Shown: piece after piece, positions 27,865 through 39,978 of the stretch | Numbering within the stretch: position 1 is the stretch's first letter | How the letters are laid out: every line of letters starts with the position of its first letter | Assembly: GCA_951406725.2 (NCBI GenBank) | Contig: OX597816.1 | Span: 62,868,001 to 62,932,000, forward strand | DNA length: 64,000 nucleotides | Origin: Octopus vulgaris | Lineage: Eukaryota | Direction of reading: 5' to 3' | The notes under the pieces: model-generated | Database searches by the model: none | What the model was told of the DNA's origin: nothing | What the model saw: the letters and a program-made list of their open reading frames with translations, nothing else | Program-made: the position numbers and the translations under genes

Positions 27865-28699
27865 GGATCTTTTCCTTTTGAACGGCAGTTTTCAACACAA
27901 TTTCTAGTTAACTAAACACTTTTAAACTTCGTATACTGGTAGGATGTGTCAAAATAAAACATTTTTTTCTCTTGGCTTTCTTGAGAAAATTGTAATTTGT
28001 AAGTTTAACGTAGTTTAATTTTTTCGAATTTTAACCAATCAATTGCCTCTAGTGAGCTAAAATCATTTGCTGCGTCTAAAACTGAGACAACATCCTGTCA
28101 CTAACCCTAACCCTAACCCTCACTCTCACCCTAACCCTAAATTTTAGCCTTTCGTTTTTTTTTCTTTATTGTTAAATTAATTTAAGGATAACAATTAAGA
28201 AAAAAAGCGAAAGGCTAAAACGAAAGCAATGGAAAATAATTTAAACAATTAGCAAGCAAAATAATTCTATAATTTTATACACACGCTTTCCGTACGTATA
28301 CATTACGAAAGGCTAAAACGAAAGCAAAAACTCAAAACAAAAACAAAACGAATAATTTTAGACACACGCGTAACAATTAGATTAATTTAACAATTAAGAA
28401 AAAAAAAAGTAAGGCTAAAATTTAGGGTTAGGGTTAGGGCGAGGGTGAGGGTTAGGGTTAGTGACAGGATGTTGTCTCAGTTTTGAGACGCAGCAACTGA
28501 TTTTAGCTCAATTAGAGGCAATTGATTGGTTAAAATTCGAAAAATTAAACTACGTTAAACAAACGATTTACAATTTTATCAAGAAAGCCAAGAGAAAAAA
28601 AATGTTTTATTTTGACACATTCTACTAGTATGCGAAGTTTTAAAGTGTTTAGTTAACTAGAAATTGTGTTGACATGTGCCGTTAAAAAGGAAAAGATCC
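27865..28699. mobile_element. Palindromic MITE with long TIRs containing TTAGGG repeats
   Basis: Termini ggatctttttccttttgaacggca / tgccgttaaaaaggaaaagatcc; arms inverted over about 300 bp or more; flanking direct repeat TATACAAA (27857-27864 and 28700-28707). Confidence 0.9.
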
Positions 28700-28729
28700 T
28701 ATACAAATATTGTTTTATAGCTTACAATT

Positions 28730-29100
28730 CTCTTTTACTCTTTTACTTGTTTCAGTTATTTGACTGTGGTCATGCAGGAACAACACCTTTTAGTCTAGCA
28801 AATCGACCCCAGGACTTATTCTTTGTAAGTCTAGTACTTATTCTATCGGTCTCTTTTGCCGGAACGCTACGTTACGGAGACGTAAACATACCAGCATCGG
28901 TTGTCAAGCGATACTGAGGGGACAAACACAGACACATAAACACACACACATATATATATTTGTATATACGACGGGCCTCTTTCAGTTTCCGTCTACCAAA
29001 TCCACTCAAGGCTTTGGTCGGCCCGAGGCTATAGTAGAAGACACTTGCCCAAAGTGTCACGCAGTAGGACTAAACGCGGAACCATGTGATTCGTAAGCAA
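28730..29100 (-). mobile_element. SINE family A copy
   Basis: Reverse complement of family A. Confidence 0.8.
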
Positions 29101-29254
29101 ACTAATTTATTTCATAAAATTTGTCATATAGACAGTACAAAAATTGTATAGCTTTGCGGGCTGGACAAACACATTAATGAATGAAAATGAAATAAACTGA
29201 ATAAATGAGAGACGAAGCCCAACACCTGCCGATTGGACTTTTCTTGAAAACATT

Positions 29255-30240
29255 TTCTTTTTTTAAAAAAATCAATATGAGGTGTTTCAAACCTCTTACA
29301 AGGATGAGGCAGTAAAACCTCTTACTTAACATGTTTTTTTAAACACACAATTGAGGTTATAAACCACTACAAATAATACAATAAGATGGGGTTTCAAACC
29401 CTCTAACGAAGCTTTTTCACCTCCTACTCATCGATATATGCATCGATATATTCATCATTATCTTCAATGCCGCTTGAGTTCCTGTATCCCACCATTTCCC
29501 ATGCCTCACTCATGTAGGACATGTAAGTCGTGTAACGGCCACCCGGCCATATGCGACACTCCTCCCTATATCCTTTAAGCCTTTCCCTCAAGGGAAACCT
29601 TATGACCTCCACAGCTATCTGCGGAGGCCATTCAGGATCCTGTGTGAAGGGCATATCTACTGTCTCTTTATGTTCTACTATTTTTCCACCTCCCTGCCCT
29701 TATAGAAAAAGATAATTAATTCATCATCTTTAAGGGTGGGGATCGTTTCTTCCACCGTGGGTGGCACAACTTCGGGACATGCAGACGACACATCATCTCC
29801 GCCCCCCCCCCCAATGCGATGACCCGTTTTTCTTCTTTCTTTTTTTCTTTTCTTCCTGACTTCGGGAGAGTGGAACTCTTACGCTTTGTCCGGAGTCTAT
29901 CCCCCACCTCCCGAAGCCTTAGAGTCCTTCGACGGGCAACAATAGTTGCCAGCCTTCTTCCTTTTTAATCCACCTCTCCTTTTGACCGGGTAAGGGAGGT
30001 GGCATCCAGAGACTGTTCCAGGACCTTACCATGGTCCTGGGGCAGTTCTTTTTCATGTGGCCTGGCTGCAGGCACGAGTGACACTTGGTGGGGGGGGGAC
30101 GTACCTCAAGTATCACTGCAGCCAGCCATTTAAAAAAAAATCTGGCAAAACCAGATCTGTTGCGGCCGATGGGGTCCACAGGGTCAAAATCGCTTTTGAC
30201 TGTTCCCAATCGATCGCCGGCAATACCCTTACACTTAAGA
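29255..30240 (-). mobile_element. 5'-truncated zinc-knuckle ORF1-like retroelement, same family as 61.4-63.1 kb
   Basis: VILEVRPPPTKCHSCLQPGHMKKNCP; DNA similarity to 62480-62650; the ORF ends at 29424 and is followed by a short UTR and an A-rich end. Confidence 0.7.
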
Positions 30241-30479
30241 GCCCATGTGTATGTTTTATTTCTCGATTTCTTTCTCGCCAATCGAGATCCAAACGTAGAT
30301 CCAGGGTTTTCTCATTGGAATTTCAAACATCATCAAGATATATGTGCATGTGTGTGTGCCTGTGAGTAAAGTTTTGAGTTAGATTATCTGGAGATTTGTG
30401 TTTTGTTTTATGTATGTATTCTCATGCATATAGTTGCACGTCTAGACGTGTGCAGATGTACTGAAATGCTAAACTTTAC

Positions 30480-30630
30480 ATATGGTTCTGGGTACAGTGC
30501 TACAGCGTGTCACATAGTTCCAGATTTCGTCACATAGCGTTGTACCTTGTGCAAGTGTATTCAACTATGGCCTCGGGCCCACCAAAGCCTTGTGAGAGGA
30601 GTTGTAGACGGAAACTGAAAAAAGCCCGTC

Positions 30631-30662
<32 letters not shown>

Positions 30663-30850
30663 CTATGTGTGCATTTATGTCTGTGTTTACGTCCCCGCAA
30701 TCTAGCGGTTCGGCGAAAGAAACCAATAGAATAAGTACTAAGCTTAAAATACGAATTCGTAGGGTTGATTTGTTCGACTAAAACCATTCAAGACGGTGCT
30801 CCAGTATGGCTGCAGTCAAAAAGATTGAAACAAGTAAAAGAATAAAAGAA
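30480..30850 (+). mobile_element. SINE family A copy (diverged head)
   Basis: gtagacggaaactgaaaaaagcccgtcg(TG)n...gcggttcggcgaaagaaacc tail. Confidence 0.75.
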
Positions 30851-31004
30851 AATTTTGGCAATTCCATTCATGACTTTTGTCTAGAATCGTCTAATTAGCT
30901 TTCTGTATCCTAATTTTTGAAAACCCAAATTTTTTAACATTGGCGCTGAGGCAGTTGTTACATATCCTAATGTATGTGTTTGTATGTATGTATGTATGTA
31001 TGTA

Positions 31005-31177
31005 GGCGTAGGAGTAGCTGAGTGGTAAGTAGCTTGCTTACGAACCACATGATTCTGGGTTCAGTCCCACTGCGTGGCACCTTTGGAAAGTGTCTTCTGC
31101 TATAGCCTCAGGCCGACTAAAGCCTTGTGAGTAGATTTGGTTGACGGAAACTGAAAGAAACCCGTTGTATATGTATA

Positions 31178-31224
<47 letters not shown>

Positions 31225-31473
31225 ATGTATCTATGTATCTATGTGTGTGTATATGTTTGTGTGTCTGTGTTTGTCCTCCCAACATCGCTTGTCAACCGAT
31301 GCTGGTGTGTTTACGTCCTCGTAACTTAGCAGTTCGACTAAAGAGACCGATAGTATAAGTACTAGGCTTACAAAGAATAAGTCCTGGGGTCGATTTGCTA
31401 GACTAAAGGCGGTGCTCCAGCATGGCCAAACTCAAAGGACTGAGACAAGTAAAAGAGCAAAAGAGTAAAGAGA
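31005..31473 (+). mobile_element. SINE family A, full length
   Basis: ggcgtaggagtagctgagtggtaag head through the aagtaaaagag tail. Confidence 0.85.
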
Positions 31474-31482
31474 GTATGTATG

Positions 31483-31516
<34 letters not shown>

Positions 31517-31830
31517 TGTATGTATGTATGTATGTATATGTGTGTGTACTCTCTTTCTGTTTTTAATTTAGAATAAATTTTGACCGGCAATCTATTTGGT
31601 TGTAAGATTATGAAGGAAAGCAACATGCTTCAACCATCATCTTTTAAATCTTAAGAAGGTCTCGCCGATTTTTATGGTCACAGATATCGTGATTATGAAT
31701 TAAGGATTTGCGTTTTTTCTCCCCTAGATCCCAACGTAATCATACTTTGATCCAGATGGATTAGTATTATCCTGCTGCGCCAATAATATGAGGCTGAAAT
31801 ATGTATTGGACACTTGATGTGCAAACCCTT

Positions 31831-31922
31831 TATGTATGTATGTATGTATGTATGTATGTATGTATGTATGTATGTATGTATGTATGTATGTATGTATGTA
31901 TGTATGTATGTATGTATGTATG

Positions 31923-31956
<34 letters not shown>

Positions 31957-32680
31957 TGTATGTGTATGTATGTATGTATGTATGTGTGTGTATGTATGTA
32001 TGTATGCATGTATGTATGTATGTATGTATGTATGTATGTATGTGTGTGTATGTATGTGTATGTATGTATGTATGTATGCATGTATGTATGTATGTATGTA
32101 TGTATGTATGTATGTATGTATGCATGTATGTATGTATGTATGTATGTATGCATGTATGTACGTATGTGTGTATACGTATGTATATATGTATGCATGTGTG
32201 TATGTATGTCATTATTCAGGTTTATTTTCAGATTTCTTTCCATTAGAGAAAGGGCCGTTATCTAATCTAGATCCAAGGTTCCTTCATTGGAATTTCAACT
32301 TCAACAACAGGGTTTTTTGTATGTATGTATATATGTACGAACGTACGTATGTATGTATGTATGTATGTATGTATGTATGTATGTATGTATGTATGTATGT
32401 ACGTACGTACGTATGTATGTATGTATGTATGTATGTATGTATGTATGTATGTTTGTATACGTGCAGATTTGTATGTTTTGTTTTAAGTATGTCTTCTAAT
32501 ACATATACTTGAATATTTAGACATGCTCGTATATTCTTAAATGATAAACGTATGGAAAGTCTGAGATGCATCTATTTATGTATGTATGTATGTATGTATG
32601 TATGTATGTATGTATGTATGTATGCATGTATGTATGTATGTATGTATGTATGTATGTATGTATGTATGTATGTATGTATT
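31831..32680. repeat. (TATG)n tetranucleotide arrays
   Basis: Directly visible. Confidence 0.95.
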
Positions 32681-32926
32681 TTCATTCTGCACGGAAGCAT
32701 TACCACCTTGGCACTGAGAGCTTCAGAAGGTGCCTCGAGGAAAAGCAATGAAAAGAATTGAAACTAGGAAACTGAGAAATTGAAAGAGACGTCGATATGA
32801 GCATTTAGCATCAGATGAACGTATAAATTCTATTACATATGGTGTAATTTATTCATTCACAAGCACATGTAAACCACTCTTCGTCTCCTTCCTATCTCTC
32901 TCTCTTTCTCTCTCTACATGCAATAT

Positions 32927-32959
<33 letters not shown>

Positions 32960-33065
32960 TATATATATGCACACACATTCATCTGGCTGTTGTTAATGTA
33001 TGTACTTAAGTACATGGTTGTATGCGTGTATGTGTGTGAGTGTATGCGTGGTATGTGTATGTGCA

Positions 33066-33100
<35 letters not shown>

Positions 33101-33296
33101 TGAACCTATAAAATAAGTACCAGGTATATACTCAATCGATTATACCCTGCTTTTGCAAATTAGTGTTCTTGTACTTAAGGAATCGATATATCGGGCATGT
33201 AGAAACCAATAATGCTCTGTACACAAGGAAAGAATTCTCATCAAAGGTATATATAAGCATGTAAGCACGCACAAGTATACACACACACGCACACAC

Positions 33297-33330
<34 letters not shown>

Positions 33331-33361
33331 GTATATCCACACACATACATATATATGTATA

Positions 33362-33399
<38 letters not shown>

Positions 33400-33463
33400 T
33401 ATAAGCATATATACGTATATACATGTATGTATATATAGATCGATAGATAGATATACGTATACA

Positions 33464-33505
<42 letters not shown>

Positions 33506-33820
33506 AATATATATATATGTATATATGCATATATGTGTATGCGTGTGTATGTGTTATATATGCGTGTATGTATGCATATGTGTTACACACATGTGTATAT
33601 GTGTTTGCGCATGTAAGAGAGAGAAATGAGGAAGTCTGCATGCGAGTTTGTATAAACGTGCTCCTACAGCTTGTTATAGATTAAATATACACAGCTCTGA
33701 TGTCTCGAATATATGGGCATTCTATAGAATAGATACAATATTGCCTGTGTGACGTAAAGTGGAGTAATGGGGTATATCGTTTAGATAATAATGACATGAG
33801 CATAATTTGGCCAGTTGTTG

Positions 33821-34321
33821 CCTTCTTTCTTCTTCTTCTTCCAATCAGGACTCACGCCATTAGCCACAAAGAATAATCTCTAATTCGAGCCTACTCTAAG
33901 CTACTAAGAATGTGTGTGGCAACTTGAAGATCCACAAAACCACACGCGATAGACTGGCGGTTGCACGGGCGCGAAAGCTGCGTTGTTATCCTCATTCCGT
34001 AAACGGTGGCTTTTTGACGGGTGGAGAGCTGAACCATCCTAGGGTACAGAGGTTTCGCAATCTAGACTAGGGTCTGAAAGTTTACCACACCATAGTGGGT
34101 TTTCCCATGGTTCCTCTGCTTTGTGGCAGAAGTAGGAAGAAAGAATGAGAGAAAGTTGTGGCGAAAGAGTACAGCGGGGTTCATACCCCACCACGCCGGA
34201 GCTTCGTGGAGCTTAGGTGTTTTTGCTCAATAAACACTCACAATGCCCGGTCTGGGAATCGAAACCGCGTTCTTACGACCGCGAGTCCGCTGCCCTAACC
34301 ACTGGGCCATTGCGCCTTCAT
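33821..34321 (-). mobile_element. Complete 501-bp tRNA-derived SINE with an 11-bp TSD
   Basis: Minus-strand head gaaggcgcaatggcccagtggttaggg...ggtttcgattccc, (AGA)n tail, flanked by GCCAGTTGTTG at 33810-33820 and 34322-34332. Confidence 0.85.
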
Positions 34322-34496
34322 GCCAGTTGTTGTCCCTGACGTTGCTATGGTCGTACTCAGGGTACCCCTGATGGAGCGGTCAGATGGTTAAATGCATTCA
34401 AAGTGATATTTTAATGTGTTTCACCCTAACACTATCATATGTGCCTTTACCTTTTGTATATAAAAACAATGGCAGTATATGAGTTACAAATATCAG

Positions 34497-34700
34497 CCGA
34501 GGAGGTGGCAGAATCGTTATCACGCCGGACAAAATGCTTAGCGGTATTTTGCTCGTCTTTACGTTCTGAGTTCAAATTCCCCTGGAGACGACTTTGCTTT
34601 CATCCTTTCGAGGTCGATAAACTAAGTGCTAGTCCAGTACTGAGTTAATGCAATCGACTATCCTCCTCCCTGAAAATTTCAGGCCTTGTGCTTATAGTGG
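34497..34700 (+). mobile_element. SINE family B copy
   Basis: Matches 2773-3010. Confidence 0.75.
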
Positions 34701-34769
34701 AAAATATCCTTTTTTGCATACTATTTAGATATGTTTTCTCTCTCTTCGATATTAGTGGTTTCAAAATTT

Positions 34770-35201
34770 ATAGTGTATCTCTTCAAAGCCACAGTCGAAC
34801 CATTTCTACTATATGGCTCAGGAACCTGGACGTTATCAAAGAAGCTTGAGAGGCGGTTGGATGGAACTTACACTCGCCTCCTTATGAGAGCTCAAAATCT
34901 CTCATGGAAGCGTCATCCGGCCAAAGTACAAATATATGGAAAATTACCACCTGTATCATCTCTTGTGAAAGGTAGAAGAGTCCAGTTTGCTAGACATTGT
35001 TGTAGAGCTGAAAACGAGGTAATTTCTACTCTTCTCCTCTGCTCGCGATACCAGAGGGCGCACACTCTCCTACCCTGATGTAATCTCCAGGGATACAGGC
35101 ATCCAGCAACAGGACCTCCGTAATGCTATGATGGACCGTGAAGACTGGCGTAACATAGTAAATTCCATTGTCTCGACCACGGTCGAACGATGATGATGAT
35201 G
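34770..35201 (+). mobile_element. 3' end of an RTE-clade LINE
   Basis: LFKATVEPFLLYGSGTWTL..KLERRLDGTYTRLLMRAQNLSWKRH..RRVQFARHC matches the RTE ORF C-terminus; (TGA)n tail. Confidence 0.8.
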
Positions 35202-35620
35202 TATCTCTTGAGGAGAGCATTTAGATGAAAGTCCACATTTACTGAAATAGTAAATTTTGGACATAGCCAAGTAGTTAAGAAGTTTTTCTTTGCTAATCAA
35301 TGTTTTGGCTCGGGTTCTACTCACATCGTAGCATCTTAAGCAATTGGTCTTTCTCGTAGACTCGGATTGACTCAAACTTGCGAGTGAAATTGGACAGACT
35401 AAAATCCGTTCGATAAAAGCCCGTTAGTTAAACTCTACCTCTTAGGTAACCATCCAGTTTTGTTACTTATTTTGTTATTTTATTCGGTGTGTGAATTACT
35501 TCCGAAGCAGGGGTGTTAAACGCACAATCCATGGGCCGGAACCGGTCACAGCCGTACTTATTCCAACTCACGACTTAATCTTATAAACAAAAAAATTCAA
35601 CTCCCGACTCAATTTTATGT

Positions 35621-35794
35621 AGACGTAAGAGTGGCTGTGTGGTAAGTAGCTTGCTTACCAACCACATGGTTCCGGGTTCAGTTCCACTGCGTGGCACCTT
35701 GGGCAAGTGTCTTCTACTATAACCTCGGGCCGACCAAAACCATGTGAGTGGATTTGGCAGACAGAAACTGAAAGAAGCCTGTCGTATATATGTG

Positions 35795-35874
<80 letters not shown>

Positions 35875-36000
35875 TGTGTTAGTCCCCAAACATCGCTAGG
35901 CAACGGATGCTGTTGCGTTTGTGTCCCCGTAACTTAGCGGTTCGGCAAAAGAGACTGATAGAATAAGTACTAGACTTACAAAGAATAAGTCCTGGGGTCT
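35621..36000 (+). mobile_element. SINE family A copy
   Basis: Head, (TG)n and most of the tail. Confidence 0.85.
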
Positions 36001-37658
36001 TACATATTTTACAGCATATTTTAAGTTTAAAAAATGTTTTTCTTGTATTCTTTTACGCTTTTACTTGTTTTGCTCATTTGACTGTGGCCATGCCTTGAAT
36101 ATGATTTCAAATTCCACTAACGTGAGCGTTTTTAATCATCCTTTTGGGTTTGAGAAAATAACGCACCATTCAATTACTGGAGTCGTAAATCGACTCGATT
36201 AACTGTTTACCCAGATTGTGCCATTGTGATTCTCCTGAAAATTATTATATTATATCGAGTTAGATATATTTATAGATCATATTTTCTTTGGGGTTTAACC
36301 GATATATTAAGTTGTTCATATCATACCAAAATGGCCTACCGACTACGGCGCTTTCTTCTTAAATTATTTTCTTTTTTTATATTTCATAAGGGTAAACTTT
36401 ACCGAAATATTAATTATTGAAGCATTAAACAATCTACATAAAGGTAATACCGTAATTTCTCTTTGTCTTTTCTTTATTCTTAAATATTTTACCTAACCCT
36501 TAACTGTATTGCTCAAAGGTTATTTAAAGTATTTACAGCTTTTACACATTGTAGTGACTCAAGAAAATTAGAATATTATTTTACTGCGTTATATAACTAT
36601 GAGGCAAGAGGTGGCGTATATAATGCATCACATTATATAATTTGTAATGTTTTATGTCCGGATTCAATCCTTGCGATCTGATATCATCTCCTCTCGGTTC
36701 CATTTTGTCTTTCAACCATCTAAAGTTGATAACATAAAGAGAAGTTATACAAATAGGTTAAAGCAGCGTACAGGTGGAGGAATATCTATTCATAACTAAA
36801 GATTTTGGGCTCCTAGCAACGAGTCGTTAATGCTGTTGAATTAACTTGACCCTAACTGGACACTCTGTTTTAAAATAGGTCTTTAAACTTATTTTTGTGG
36901 TATGAGTGGACTAGAGCAAAGTGAAGTACAAGGTCTTGCCACAAAATATAATGCGTCACCTTCTGAAGTGGGAATCAATCTTACGAACTTATTGCCCAGA
37001 GTTTAGTTGTCTGGCCACCAGGACACGTGCCTTCTCACGTAAAATAAGAGCTAGTCAATAACAACAAAATATTAAGGGAAATGTGGAAACACGTGTTCGG
37101 GTGTTCGTTTTGCTAACCATCCTCAAATATTCATTCTGTTGTCTTAAAAATGGAAGAGCAGATAGGACAAAAGTCTTGGGTATATAAACGAAATTCTGAT
37201 CATATTCGGATCGTTCTGAATCGATGATATGCCCAATGATCAGAACTGACCTGGCCCTAAACAATAACAAAGAACTCGGTTCGATCAATGTACAAATCTA
37301 CATAGCATTTAATCTGGTCTCCCGGAATGGCAATAGAACAAAGAATGAAACCAGTAAAAGAATAAAAGAACTAAAAAAAAACAGCATTGGATATTCATAA
37401 ATGTCTAAACAGCTGGAAAATTGGCACGGCGGTATTAAATAATATTTCTTTAGATGCTGAGTTCAAATCCTACAAAAGTTGTTTCTCTCCCTCTGGAATC
37501 TATAAAATATGTACCATGCATTTACTTAATCGTGTTTATTCACCCGTTCCCCATCTTTCCTATAAATTTGCGTTTTTCTGTGTAACGAATCGATATACTG
37601 GATATGAAGAAACCGATAATATGATTTTTACACAGGGAGAAATTACCGTTATATATAC

Positions 37659-37691
<33 letters not shown>

Positions 37692-37758
37692 TAAACCTAT
37701 CTATCTATCTATCTATCTCTATATATATATTTATATATAATATATACATATATATATA

Positions 37759-37803
<45 letters not shown>

Positions 37804-38424
37804 CGATATATAGTAATAGATATAGGAATTTACGTATATTTGCATATTATTATAGCGTATGCGCCTATTTAGGATTCTAAGTATGAGTCTGCGTTATTGT
37901 ATGAGCAAGTGTGAATTTGTGCGCATGTTTACGTATGCAAATGTATTTTTTATATGCGCGAGTGTGTGTGTGTGAGTGTGCGTGTATGCATGTTTGCATC
38001 TATCTCTGTAAACGCTTGCGTGTATGTGTGTGCTGTGTATGTGTTGCGTATGTATGTGTTGCGTATGTATGTGTTGCGTATGTATGTGTGTGTGTGTGTT
38101 ATGTGCGTTCACTCCCTTGGCTTATTTGTGTAAATTGCTTCTGTTTTTATTTTAAGGAGTATAATTTGTGAGTGAAATGTCAAAAGTGCGAATCGAAGAA
38201 AAATATTCAAAGAGGAAAGTGTGAAACAGGAAAACTATTAAATTAAGATCAAAAGAAATAGTTAGAAATTTATGGAAAGTTTAAAAAAAATAGTGAGAGA
38301 ATTAGTTAATAATATTATAAATTAACAACACAACACTGAAATAAATTTTTATAGAGAAGAAACGAAAATTGCTTTTGCTAAATACAGAAGAAAACGTTAA
38401 AAAAAACAACGGTGAAAAGCAATG

Positions 38425-38455
38425 AATAATACTACTACTAATAATAATAATAATG

Positions 38456-38500
<45 letters not shown>

Positions 38501-38695
38501 TAATGGTGGTGGTGATGATTATGATAATAATTCGATGATGATAGTGATGATGATGATGATGATGATCATGATCAAGATCATGATGATTACGATGATGATA
38601 GTCAACCTTCAGCTTTGACACCGAACAATTAGAACATAAATACCATTATTATCAGCATCTTCAGCAGCATCGTTATTGTGGTTATCATCATCATT

Positions 38696-38766
<71 letters not shown>

Positions 38767-39299
38767 TATCATTATCATCCTCATCTCTGTCATTTTCTTC
38801 GTCACTCTTACCACTTAACGTTATCGTATCGTTATGCTTCTGATTCTCGTGCTCCTCCTCCTTCTTCTTCTTCTTCTCTTACCTCCGTACTCTTTCCCCC
38901 CTCCTCCTCCTCCTCCTTCTCCTTCTTATCATCATCATCATCATCATCTTCACCACTATCATCACGATGTTGATCCCCATGATCCTGATCGTCTTGATGA
39001 TGATAATGATGATGATGATGATGATGATGATCATGATCATCATCAACATCATCATCATCTTCAGCACTACCATCGCAGTCAAGCACCACCACCACTACCA
39101 CCGCCATCATCATCATCATCGTCATCTTCAGCCCTTCCACCATTATCACCGCTGCCACCGCCATCGTCATCGTCATCATCATCGTCATCATCGTCGTCAT
39201 CATCATTGTCGTCGTCATCATCATCATCATCATCATCATCAATACTGATCATCAAGAACAGAAACATCATCTTTATCATCACCATCACCATCAACATTG

Positions 39300-39344
<45 letters not shown>

Positions 39345-39400
39345 CCATCAACATTGCTTTCCCTACCCCCACCATCTTCACCATCATCATTATCAATATC
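38425..39400. repeat. Compound trinucleotide low-complexity region (AAT/GAT/CAT/CCT)
   Basis: Directly visible. Confidence 0.9.
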
Positions 39401-39902
39401 GTCTTAGAACAAAAATAGCGATTTCGGGAATATTAGCCATATCTCTATTCCATAACTACAATCTCATTAACAACTGCAACAGCAGAAAAACAACAACGAC
39501 AACAACACTAGTACCATTACCACCACCACCTCCCCTGCCACCAACGATAACGTATAATTTAGATTAACCCCTCCAAGACATCACTGAACATTCCACGCTC
39601 CACTGGCCAATCAACAATTGTTCGTTATAGGATTGTAAAGCGGAGGAAAATAAAGCTCTCGTTAGGAAGAAATGGCGAACGAGCGATTGGATTGCAAAGC
39701 TATCCATCTCTCTTTACAACGACATGTAATGGTTTGTTTAGGAAATTTAGGCTGTGGAGTTAGAAATTTGCTTCCACACCACGTCGTTCCGGTTTCAGTC
39801 CCATTGCGTAGCACCTTGGACAAATGTTCTCTGCTATAGACTCGGTTTTAATGAATAAAGTCTATAGACTTGTGAGTCGATTTGGTGGACGGAAGACCGT
39901 CG

Positions 39903-39978
<76 letters not shown>

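Noticed and set aside
28100-28460. TTAGGG repeats as a real telomere or chromosome fusion site
   Set aside because: They are short and lie symmetrically inside MITE arms flanked by a TSD.
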